Of a DNA stretch of 64,000 nt, positions 26,986-38,700 are shown piece by piece. Under the pieces are notes generated by a model. It was not told the origin of the DNA and searched no databases. It saw nothing but the letters and a program-made list of their open reading frames with translations. The DNA lies in NCBI GenBank assembly GCA_009103225.1, contig RHPI01003389.1:372001-436000 (forward strand), given 5' to 3'. Position 1 is the first letter of the stretch, and each line of letters begins with the position of its first letter. The DNA comes from Chlorokybus atmophyticus. Its lineage: Eukaryota; Plantae; Mesostigma and Chlorokybus algae. Both the position numbers and the translations under genes were made by a program.

Positions 26986-27455
26986 CTCTGAATGAAGTCC
27001 CCTACTCTACTGGTGTAAATACGGTATGCAACACGGAAAGCCAAGCAAATTGCGGCATGAACCCCGTTGTACGTGCGATGTTGGTCAGCAATGGTGGACC
27101 TGCCACGCAAGCTGTCAACGAAGGTATGAAGGTATGGCGCCCCTCATCAGATGAAGATCAAATCCATCTCGCAGGGGCGTCCTCCAGCCGCCTGCACTTC
27201 TCAGAGCTTGCTGCTGCTGACCTGACCTACCTCCTACGCCGCCGCCTGGTCGTCCACACGCGGCACGCCCTGCACCTTTACACAGCTGCTGAACTGTCAC
27301 CTGCTGCTCACTCTTGTCAAAGCACCTCCCCTTCCGAGCCAGCAGGCATTAGCTTACCTACTCTTGCCTGGCCTGTCTACTTGATTGGTCGAGGCTACAC
27401 TAGACTAGACCAAAGTAGACTAGACTCTTGGGCTGGCCGTGCTACCAGTAGGGTG

Positions 27456-29160
27456 ATGAGTTCCAGCACAGGCAGCGCCGCCCGGGAAGTCCTCGCCGCC
27501 GTCAGGCTGCAGGACTGGCCCGGCCGCACAGGCGTCGTGCACGAGCTCGGTAGGACGCACACGCGGGCTGTACTGCATGCGTGCTTCCTTGCGGTGCATG
27601 CGTGCATGTCTCTGTGCCAGCACGTAAATCTGCACACACGCAAGTGCAGCGTATATTGTGCCGCACACAGGTAGCATACAAACGCTACCCCCCTGCAAGC
27701 AACACAACATCACAGTACAACAACAAACGACGCATTGCATACGGCCGGGTCATGTGCTTCAACCCATGCATTTCACATGCCCCGGCTACTTGCAGTCACA
27801 CAAGCATACCTATGTTGCAGTGCTCTTCGTGCGCGTGCATCGTCGGACTGACAGAATATTGTCATGCGAGCAGATGCCTCGCAGACGCTGCAGCAGGCTC
27901 TGGCGCTGCTGCTGACAGAGAACCTCCACAGCGCTCCTGTCTACTCCCCCGACGAGGGCGCCTACCTCGGCTTCATCGACGTCTTGGACGCCGCCGCTGT
28001 TGCCGTTGATGACTGGAAGGCTGAGGTAGCGATGCCCAATACCTGTATGGGCTCAAGAGGTTGTCAGCAGTGTTTTCAATCAGCGTGCGAGTGTGAGTGC
28101 AATGGGTGCTGTTGGCAGGCTGGTGCAAGCGGTGCGCATACGAAGCGGCTGATGGGCAAGCTGCTGCCGCACTTCACGGCGGCAAAGTCCGTCCAGCGCG
28201 CTGTTGGCCGCGTGGAGCACGATCCCTTCATCGCCGCCAATGACGACACCACCATGCTCGATGTATGATACTGTCCCCACTCTTCACAAATACACATGTT
28301 GGCACACGTAAGCGTGCGCGCATGTACATGCATGCATACACACGCGTACTTGCACACGCGCCCGCATGCATGTGGCTTGACAGACAATGCACATCGCGTA
28401 GATTGCGGACCTTCTTTTGACTGAAGGCACGCATCGCGTGGCCGTGCTGAGTCCCGAGAGCGGTCGCGTGGCGTGCATCGTGTCGCAGTCCGACATCGTG
28501 CGGCTTCTGGCATCGCACACAGCGGAGATCGCACAGCAGCTGTCGCGCTCGGTTACAGATGCGGGCCTCGCGCACAAGCAGGTGGAGACGGTGAGGGCAA
28601 CGGACCCGGCATTGAAAGCTTTCGAGAAGATGGTGCAAGAGAAGATCACGACGGTGGGCATTGTGGACGCGAACTCGCCGTCAAGTGGCGCACTCCTCAC
28701 GGCGCTAGGCGCCTCAGACATACGCGCCATCGCACGCCTGGACAGCTTCTCACTCCTAAGCATGCCTGCCATGGACTTCGCCTCCCACATCCGACAAGTA
28801 CGTGTGTGTGTATACACATTAGTGTGGGAGCATGTGCGCAGACGCGCACATGCAAGCTCGCACGTGCGTGTGTACATGTGTTCGCGTACTTGTGTGCATG
28901 CCTGCATAAACGACACATGTTTACTGGGTGCACACATTGTCCATACCGTGCAGTTGCCCAACACGGCGAGGTCTCACGGTTACAAGGACTACCCCGCGGT
29001 GGTGGCAGTCTCGCCGGAGACGACTCTCCTTGAGTGCCTCAGCAAGCTCGCGGCCACGCGCCTGCACCAGCTGTTTGTCGTGGAGAAGGACACCCGTGCA
29101 CTCGCGGGTGTTGTCACCGCTGGCGACGTCCTCAGAGCCGCACTGCGGCCGCAGAAATAA
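27456..29160 (+). CDS. Four-CBS-domain protein (AMPK-gamma/SNF4/KING-like), multi-exon
   Basis: TLQQALALLLTENLHSAPVY..YLGFIDVLD; HRVAVL..GRVACIVSQSDIVRLL; ALKAFEKMVQEKITTVGIVD..LGASDIR; VAVSPETTLLECLSKLAATRLHQLFVV..GVVTAGDVL. Confidence 0.85.
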
Positions 29161-30075
29161 GCACGATGTGGACACACGGGGTGTTGTTGTCGCAACTGTG
29201 TGTCATGACATAGGTTGGTGTCCTGTATGTGCGCTGCCACCAAGCAAGGGACGTGTCACGTAGCCAATGTAGATGTTGCGCCTCTCGGCTGTATCAAGTT
29301 GCACCTGGCAACAGACTCTAGTAAGCACTGCTGCACATTATCATACACGACGTGACAAGTGGCCTCAGTGTCCTTCAGCTTGCGTACAGGTAATGAGCAA
29401 ATGCATGCATGTATGTCTGATGGGGGTTGAAGGCAGTAGTTACAATAGTGACGTGTGGCTAGTATAGGTAGACCCCGGTGGTAAATAATCATTGCATGAT
29501 GAGCTTGGTGAACAAGGCATGTGTCATGCATGTTGCATGTATCATAATCTTGCATTTTCTGTACACATGTGGCACACAGCACACCTATCATATGTGCATC
29601 ATGTGGCGACGCGACACCGCACACCACTGTGGCCTACACCGCATCTGCCTGCGTGGCTGGCTCCCAACAGCAGCAGGCTCCAGCCTGGCACAAACCCGAC
29701 CGCCGCTGCGCAAGTCCGCAACGCCAATGCTGCAGCCTCAGCCTCTGCAAGTTCTCATAGGCGGATTCACATTTACATACATCACTTGCATTTTTTGTAC
29801 ACATGACCTGGCGGTGAAAAAAAGTGCTGTGATGTTGATGGTTGCATGCTGCCAGACGGTGAAGGTGCAATGTGATGCAAGCATGAGACAACGAATGCTA
29901 AGGTGCAACGCCATGCTAGCACGCGTAGATGCCTACCCAGTACACGCCTACCTACGTTGCAAGCATGCATCACATGCTTCGTTCACCTACTTTGCCACCC
30001 ACTCGCTCTACCACTACTACTACTGCTACTGCCCAGCGACTGCGATACATGCATACTCAGTAGTTACCTGCTCAC

Positions 30076-31877
30076 ATGCCCAGTTTGTCTCGATCCGTAT
30101 CAGCAGCAACAGGTCCCACTCCTACTCTCTCTCTCCCGCCGTCTCCACCACCATCCCCTGGTAGCAGAGTCTCCCGCGCACAGCAGCAGAGAATCAGTCT
30201 TCCGTCGGCAGCCCTGTGTGGGGGTGCAGGAGGTGGGTGGTCCGTTTTGTGCAGTATGTAAGGCGACAGTTGCAGTCTGCACTTGCTGAAAGGCATGGCG
30301 CTGCAAGCTCCTCATGGTGGGCGCGTTGCTTTTGCTCTAAGCGCCTGTAGTCACACGGATGAGGGAGCTGCTAGCTCTGCATCGCTCTGCCTTTGGCGTC
30401 ACGCAGCGCCGTTGAGCGGCGGGAGAGCGTCGCCTAGCGTCAAAGCTGCCTGCTTGCTGAATGTGGGGAGGTGGGTGGATGAGGTGGTGTTTTGTTGTTC
30501 CTTGGTTGGCTTTGTGTTGGTCTTTCCGGGGGGGGATGCCATGTGCATGTTTCATCAACAGCCTGATCTGGTTGGTTTGTTGGCCAGAAGCAAAGTCTCG
30601 ACACACAGTGCACAGCAAGCAGTGCAGCGTATGCATGAAGGAAACGTGTGTGCGTAGGGAGCACAAACGTGAGCGCAAATGAAGCGCTGTGCGTGCGGTT
30701 GCAAAGCTGGACAACGTTCAACAATGCAAGCAAGCAGCTGCTATTTATGATATACATTTGATAATGCACAATGCTGGAGTAGTGTCTGACAGCATACGCT
30801 ACGGTTGCAATCAGTTGAACAAGGGGACCATTAACAGCACATTGTGTAAGTTGCATGCTGTCGAAGGTGCCTTTTGTCGCATGCGCAAGGTCAGTACTAC
30901 ATTATTGTAGTCGACAGCGGTCGTCATGCCAACTTGGCAACTGTCTTGCAGTGGTTAAGGTGCAACATCTGATGCTTGTTGTGCCCCGGCCAGCTATCAA
31001 TGCGGGTGGTACTTGTCCAGCAGCTGTTGTTGGCTGTCTGCTTTGCTGACTTATTGTTTCACTTGACGTTGTCGTTGTGTCCTAGCCTTACTTGCGCCTG
31101 ACTATGATAGTGCAGCTGTTGTTGCAGTCGTCGTGCCTTGGTTACCACTACTAGTGGTAGCCTTATGGCTGCACACATTTGCTGTGTGTTGTGCTTACTG
31201 GACTCGCAGTGCACAAGCAGTTGCATGTTGTGCGCGTGTGGCACACACATCTATACATGTGCATCTGCTACTGCACGCAGGTCAACACGGAGATTGTTCG
31301 CATCACGCGCCATCATGCGGAAGCGCCAACATCAACCGCGAGCGCGACAACGACAACCGTCGCACCACCACAGTCATGAGGTGGGACCTCACAACATACC
31401 TGGACACTGACCAGCAGGCAGTTGAAGACTTCCTTGCCCAAACGAGGGTTGATGTTACAAGTTTTGATGGGGGCCCAGGAGGTGAAAAACTGGTCGCGTC
31501 AACATCCATACCAGCGGTGAACTGGCTGCGCACGCGGGCAGGATATACTACTACGACAACAGACTGCTTGGCCTCCAGAGATTTTATTCCTGGTATTCCA
31601 ACAAAAGCACTCGACGATCGGCTGTCAGATTGGCAATTTCAGCCAGACTTTGAAGGTGAGTGGGATATCCGATTCCCCGGAGAACCTGTTTTATATCAAA
31701 GGGTTGGTACGCGACGATGCCACTGCAAGGCAGGCAGCGAGCGACATTAGGAAGTACTTCGCGGACATTGATTATGATGTTGATGATGTTGTAAAGATAG
31801 GGCTCGTGGACTTTGCAGACTGGTTGGCCTCCAGTGCAAAGTACTGCAAGGTTTACAAGTTTTCGTACGGTTATTGA
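30076..31877 (+). CDS. Hypothetical protein or pseudogene (possible C2-like segment; apparent frameshift near 31668)
   Basis: Phase-1-compatible exons 30076-30232 and 31281 onward. Globular-looking text TRVDVTSFDGGPGGEKLVASTSIPAVNW, continuing in another frame as ENLFYIKGLVRDD...FSYGY. No family recognised. Confidence 0.35.
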
Positions 31878-32966
31878 CGAGGTTTCACGTGTATCCGGGC
31901 CCGGAGGTGCGCTACAACTGTCAACCCTGCAACGTTGACTCAATTGGCTTGCGCACGTGCACAAAATGTGAGTTTGGGTTAACAGGCTGATTATAGTACA
32001 ATTGGTGTACGTGTCACAAAGGATTGGCGCTTAACTTCTGCTGAAAATTGCATGCATGCGAGTACAGGATCTGCATAGAGAGGAAGCCCTTTGGCTCCTG
32101 ATGCAACACATTGCTGCAAACCGCTGACCACAATGTTGTAAAGCACAACACAAACCCCAGCGCGCGGTGTATAGAGAGGACCTATCTCTCTGGCTGGACA
32201 ATGCAACGAGCGCAATGCTGCAGTTGTGAAACCGTTGGGAAGCACTTTGCCAAGTCTACCATTGTTCTACGCTGCCAGCAGCAGATTGAAACCTATCACG
32301 TGGAGGGTGGTGATGGTACTTCTTGGCGTTCCTACCACTTGGCCTCCCGCGCTGGCAACATATCAACGGCATGTCTCGGTCACACTGCACATCTTTCACT
32401 AGCCATCAGATGTTCAGCGGAACATGTCAGCGTTGTGCGAGTGGCTGTGCCAAGGTCTACTGGAACCACGTGAAGACGACTGGTTGACGACAGTAGCTTC
32501 ACTTGGAGATATCCACTCAAGACACTGCTGCATGTATTACTATATAGGATGCTCTCTTTACTTTACTGTAGCTAGTCTCTAGTCTTATGACTACGCTTTG
32601 CACATGCGTTTACCTTGTTATACTGTGGCAACACGTCGTGACTCCTGTTTACCGCACATCAAAACCCGATTTTAGTAAGCCGCTCGGGTTCGTTACTTGT
32701 AACTCGCGTCAGCCACGGCGTGCGCGAGCTTGTCGTTCTCGGCCTGCCACTCGCTCTGCCGTACACACATGCACTCGGTAGTGGCAAGCATGCTTGCAAA
32801 CCCCAACGCTACCAAGGCAGGCACAAGTGTTGTAGTACCTCGTCTTTGAGGAGATGGCTCTCGTCACTCAGCTGAGTCTCTTCATCCCTCTGTGCATGGA
32901 CACGCCAGACTGCGTGTCAGAACTCTTCTGGCAGTATATGTCAACACGCTATGCTGATACAGTCTC

Positions 32967-34549
32967 TCACCGTACCTTTAACAACCAGAAGTCCTCGTCA
33001 TCATCATCATGGATGACAGCGCCGCTGCTCGACACCACGCTGCTGCTGTTGCTGCTGGTGGTGGTATTGGTGTTCTTGCCACCCCCACCCGCATCCCTCT
33101 CTGTCTCCGATACAACCGCCTCCACCAGCTTCGCTGCAACCCAAACGGGATTGTCTGCCTTGACACCATTCACCTGATACGCAGTCACCTCTGTCACCAC
33201 CACCACCATCACCACCATCATCAACAACAATAACAACAACAACAACAACAACGACAGCAGCTACAACAACACAATTATCGTGTGATGCAATCAGCACCTG
33301 TGTGCTGTCGGCGTGTAGTAGCTCATTGTTGGTTGACGAGGCGGTCTTCTGCACTTGCGTGGGTGTTGGCGCTCTCGGCACTTCCGACATGACGCTCCCT
33401 ATCTCATCTTCATCCAGTTGTTGTTCCGTCACGAACATGCGTCTCTCCTGCGGCACGACCTGCATCTTCGGGTCAAGTAGATCCAGTAACTCGATGAGTG
33501 CCCACTGCACGCGCGTGAGACGTTCGAGTTGGCGTTGAGACAAAGGGTGGGATTCAGGGAGAGATGCCGCGCGCTCGATGTCGCGACGGAGCTTTGAGAA
33601 CCAACGGGCGAACTGGTCGTCGCTGGACATGCGGACGCTGAACTCGGCGTAACCGAGGATACCGGTGATTTGCTCCTCCTTGCGGGTCAACATGATCTCA
33701 CCAATCGCACGCTGCTGGCCCTGCGAACAACGCGAATTCTTGTTGTGAGCGTGTACACACGAGTGAATGCGTGCATGCGCTCAGGCAGCAACAAGCACAC
33801 ACGCGCATGCGTACGCACACACGCACACGCACCCACGTGCACCATGCATGCACACACAGGCGCACGCACGCGTACCTGGTAGACGCAGAAGAGTGGGTTG
33901 AGTGTTTCCGATAGGAAGTTGTACTCTATGTTCTCAATTGCTTTCGCGAACGCCTGGTTGACCTCCTTTCGCGTGACGCTTCGTCTCAGGTCCAGGAACC
34001 TCTCGTCCTTGCGCACGATCTCCATCCACCCGAACAGCTGCGCGAGGAGGTAGAGCGTGTAGGAGATCATGTACTCGCAGTCGTCACACACGTCCACGCC
34101 ATCGCCCGCACTGGGTCCATCTCCTCCTCCGCCTCCTCCTCCTCCTCGTCGCGCCTTTGGTCCGCAGTACTTGACGAGGAGGGAGCTCTCGACGATGGCG
34201 TAGAGACGGTTCTGTAAGTCTGCTGTCGCCCACAGCAAAGGGTCGCGGAAACGGTTGAGCAGCTCCTCCTCTTCCTGCGCAGGTACGTGTGTTTGTGTCG
34301 CGGGGTGGGAGGGGTGTAAGAAAGGTACGTTGCACGTGGACGACTTGTTGCGAGGTTCGATGATGCAACGAGGTGCATGAGCGTACCTCTTTTCGGCTGA
34401 GAGCACGCTCCATGCGCTCCTTCTCTGCGTCAAGCTGCCGCTGCAGCTTCAGCGAGTCCTGTTTCAATGACACAGACATGAGAGATCTCACGCATGACCG
34501 GATTTACGCAAGAACCCTGTGACATTGCCCGTTCCCACCCGCACCCACC

Positions 34550-34582
<33 letters not shown>

Positions 34583-35423
34583 GCTCACCTGTTGTCCGCA
34601 GTAGGTGAACACGATGCTCGCCAGCGCCAGCAGCGGGCTGAGCAGCTGCGACATGGTGGACAACGCCTTGGCCCAGTCGCGGTGCGGCGGGGGAGGAGGG
34701 GGCGGGGGAGGGGAAGGGGCGGCGNNNNNNNNNNNNNNNNNNNNNNNNNNNNNNNNNNNAGGGGGCGGGGGAGGGGGAGGGGCGGCGGCAACCACTGCTT
34801 GTTGCTGCTGCGGGGAGGGATTGGGGCCTGATGCGGAGGATGGCGTCACGACCGTGGCGTTTCCTTCGTGTCTCGCCTGCGAGGGCGCACGCAGCGCGTT
34901 GGGCAGCGGCTGGTTGACGCAATATATACCCGTGCCGAGTCGGACACTGAGTTGCATGATTGTAGCATGCAAAGGTTGTGTCAATGCAAGCAAGGACGGA
35001 CATGGACGTGATACCCAGCTTGCCGGTTGACAAGATCGACGTCACACGCGAGTTGTCGTTGCTGCTGTTGTTGTAAGATGAGACTCATTGCAGACGTATA
35101 CATGCATGCATTGCCAATGCAGCCTGGGAGGAGTGGACACCCACCTGCGCCGCAGACTGCTGCCCTTGCTGCGACGCCGCCGCCGTCGTCGCCGCCGCCG
35201 CCGCTCCTGCCCTCGTCGTCCTTCGCCTGCCCCTCCTCCTCCTCCCTCCCAAGCTGCTGTCACCGCCATTGTCGCTGGAGAAGGAAAGGAAGCCCGCCCC
35301 TCGGACACTCTTGGCGGGGTGGGCGGCGGTGGGGCGGCTGTGAGCCAGCGCCCCACCCGACCTGTCAGACGGCCATGCCCACGACGACGACACTGCTGCT
35401 GTTGAGGACAATGCGGACGCCAT
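32967..35423 (-). CDS. Plastid-targeted conserved hypothetical protein of a bacterial-type family (transit peptide, one TM helix, coiled coil, globular domain)
   Basis: MASALSSTAAVSSSW...Q| transit-like exon; TM segment SQLLSPLLALASIVFTY; then LNRFRDPLLWATADLQNRLYAI, YTLYLLAQLFGWMEIVRKDERFLDL, GQQRAIGEIM, LGYAEF..RM, LTRVQWALIELLDLLDP. This resembles a cyanobacterial/actinobacterial hypothetical family from recall. Confidence 0.75.
34725..34759. other. Assembly gap inside a poly-Pro (G-rich) coding tract
   Basis: N run flanked by gggggcgggggag repeats. Confidence 0.95.
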
Positions 35424-35794
35424 GATGGCGGTGAGGTGGCGCAGCAGGGGCGGAGAGGAGAGGGGAGGGCGCACGGCACCCGCCCTCTCCCTGTGGCCTG
35501 GGCTGGTCCCGCTGGGGCGGACGGGCGGCGGCGGCAGCGTCAGGGGGTGGAACGCCAGCTGGCGTGTCTGTGGTGTGGTGTCACCGCCACGTGGAAATAG
35601 AGAGACAAACAGCCGCAGAGGAGATTCATCCAGTGTCAGTAGCAGATATCAGAAGCCTTGTGCGGTGTCTCGCACGCACAGGGATGAGACGCGCCAGCGC
35701 CGTCCCTTGTGCGGTCACGTGAACGCCAACACCGCACGCCAACAAACAGGCGGCGGCCTGGCCGGCAGCGGCGGCGGCGGCGGCGGCGGCGGCC

Positions 35795-38700
35795 ATGATG
35801 GAGGAGAAAGCGAAGCCGGACAGAACAGTGCGTCTCTCAGAAAACACAATTACAGGTGGTGATAATCATGACAGTGTTGTTGTTGGTTTTTTATTGTCGG
35901 AAAGGTGGTGGTGGTGGTGGTGGTGTCACTACGAACACTTATATGATGATGATGACGACGACGACGATGACGATGATGATGATGATGATGATGATGATGA
36001 TAGCGATGATGATGATGATGATGATGGTGACACCACCCTGCTGATGATGTACTGTGAGTTGACATATCTGTGTCAACATAACTGCCATCCAGCCTGGTCT
36101 AGATCACTGCTTGCTGCCTTGGTGATGCGCATGTCAGCAGTTCCAAACGTCCCCATCAACTACTGTCGGCTTTGGCTTGGCCAACCTTTGCCGCCATCTC
36201 GCTGTACGTTGCCAATGTTGATACTACTCGTTTCATCATATAGATTGGCAGTTTCAGCAAGTCAGCCACAACTCAAGACACGGGCATCTCTGCGTGTGTG
36301 TCATGCACTGCATGACTTATGGCTGCTGTCTGTCTCAGTTTGCGCGCCGCGATGCTCCACCTCTTACTCAAAGCTGAACAGCGCCTGACTGCCACCATCA
36401 GAAAGCGGATCTCCTCTGGAGACTACTGAAGCCCACATCGTTATGATGGCCGTGCAATCCAACGGCGCCAATGCGGGCGTGGGCGCGCACCCCGCGGACG
36501 CCGACGTGGTGGCCTATGCGTGCGGCAGCGCGCTGGTCATGCACAACACGGACACAGGACAGCAGGTGCCAGAGAACACGTGCACACAAGTCCTGTGCGC
36601 GCATATGTATGTGGGGTGTCCAGTCTGTTTGTGTGCATGCGTGTGTGCGCACTCGTGCACTATCTGTGCGTTCACGTGTACTTACCACACTGGCTTGTGT
36701 GTCCCATGCAGGTGCACGTGTGGGGTGCGAATGGGGTTGGGGCTGTGGCTGCCTGCGCCCGCGCGCGCCTGGTGGCGTACGCTGAGGCCGTCCCGCGCCA
36801 CCCGCGCCTGCACGTCCACACCTCCGCCGCCTCCTCCTCCCCCACACCCATCGCCACCCTCGAGGTGTGTGCTGCAACGACCATGTTGATGCACAGGGTG
36901 GGTAACGCATTGCGTCGACAAACAGGGTGGTGCGGAGCTGGAGTGGGGTGCGGTGGAGTTCAGTCGCAATGGGTCGCGCGTGCTCGCGGTGTCCGGCGTC
37001 CCCGACTTCGCCCTCAGCGTGTGGGATCTGCCTTCCGCTCACCTCGTAACGCGCATCGAGGTGGGCTGACACATGTATGCATGCGTGGGTGGGTGGGTGG
37101 GTGCGTGCGTGCGTCACTCACTGCTTCCGCATCGGTGTTGTTCAGGCGGGTGAGGCGGCGTGCGGTGTTGGCGCGAGCTTCTACCCAGGCAGCTCCGACA
37201 CCATGTGCTGCGTGGGTGCGCGCACCGCCCGCATCATCACACGTAAGGGGTAGACGCATCTCATCCGCACAACACAGCACGTCATCCCTTTGCTGGTACA
37301 CTCCCTGACTATCGGCACACACCCCTACTCCACCCAGTGCGCAGCGGAGGAGGAGGAGGAGGAGGAGGCGCGGCACCAGGAAGCCCAGGACCAGGACCAG
37401 GGGGCTCAGGACCTGGAGGAGGAGGAGGAGTGCAAGTTGTCATCACGGATGTGTCGATGTCCACTCGCGACGGGGAAGAGGCAGCGGACGAGGAGGGCAC
37501 CAACGACGACACCGCGACGTCAGCGGTTGTTGACACTGACGAGGAGAAGCACCACCAGCAGCAGCAGCAGCAGGACGAGGACGCAGAGCGCGTGACGGCT
37601 CACGCGTGGGGGCCCCCGGCCTCGACATCGTCCGTTGGCGTGGCGCTGTGGCTGGGGACGGATCGAGGGCGCGTAAGGGTGGCGACGATGGGGAAGAGCG
37701 TGGTGGGGGCCGCGGCGGAGATCGCGGGGGGAAGACTCGTGATGCAGGTGAGGGAGAAGAGAGAGAGAACGTGCTTGTGTTGGTTGCGAGCGGTTTTGAT
37801 GATGTGGGTGTCCATGTGAGTACAGACTCTGGATGCGGATGTAAGAGGGGCCAGCATAGCAGGTGAGGATGCAGTTTTCGCCCACCTCAACAATGACAAC
37901 TACCATAACTCACAACATCCACATTGACATCGACTACCGCAACAGGCATCCTCTTCAACAAGGCGCATGTAGTGGTGGCGACCGCACCCGGCACGCTGTT
38001 CTTCTTCGCCAACAATGACGCCGTGCACACGACGGGCTTGCTGGCGCCCAGCTTCACCGTCAACATTTCAACTGCGGGCCTACAAAGGTACATAACCAAC
38101 TTCCTCACAACACAACACACTTCTTCATCCGTACTTTGTGATGATTGAAACTCAGAGTTGAAAGTCCGCAATTGCATCATCCCATGTGCAGAGTTGCCTT
38201 CATGCCCGACTTTGCGAGGATCGTCGTGGCTTCCGCCTGCGGCAGTGTGCATATCGCGGCAGCATCAGCCGAGGCGAGTGCCAACTCACAGCTTGAGCAT
38301 ACGCACACTCACACACCCCATCGCTCACCCTCATTTTGGATTTGTCCAATCGCACAGGCGGAGCAGTCGGTGTCCCTTTTGGCTGGAGCGCACGCGCAAA
38401 GCCCCGTGATGGGCTTAATAGCCTCCTCCTCCTCCTCCTCCACCCCTGCCGTCACATGCATCCACGCCGACGGCATCACGCGTACACTCCACGCATCCAC
38501 TCTCGCTGAACAACAACCACGCACAGCCCTCTTCCCGTCACTATCAACATCATCTCCCTTCACGTGCTTTGCCACGGCCAGCGACAATAGTATTTTCGTG
38601 GTTGGGGATGCGTGCGGCCGCGTGGTCGTGGCGGATGCGTCTACACGGGAGATGCTGTTTGATGAGAGGCTGCATGCGGTGCCTGTTGCGTGGGTGGCAG

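Noticed and set aside
26845-26995. atcagag / ctctga flanking the N gap as tRNA-iMet ends
   Set aside because: The sequence after atcagag (ccccc) does not match tRNA-iMet, and the interior is unsequenced.
35795-36388. 197-aa ORF with a poly-Asp tract
   Set aside because: Only the first ~20 codons are exon 1 of CFAP43; the rest is an intronic GAT microsatellite.
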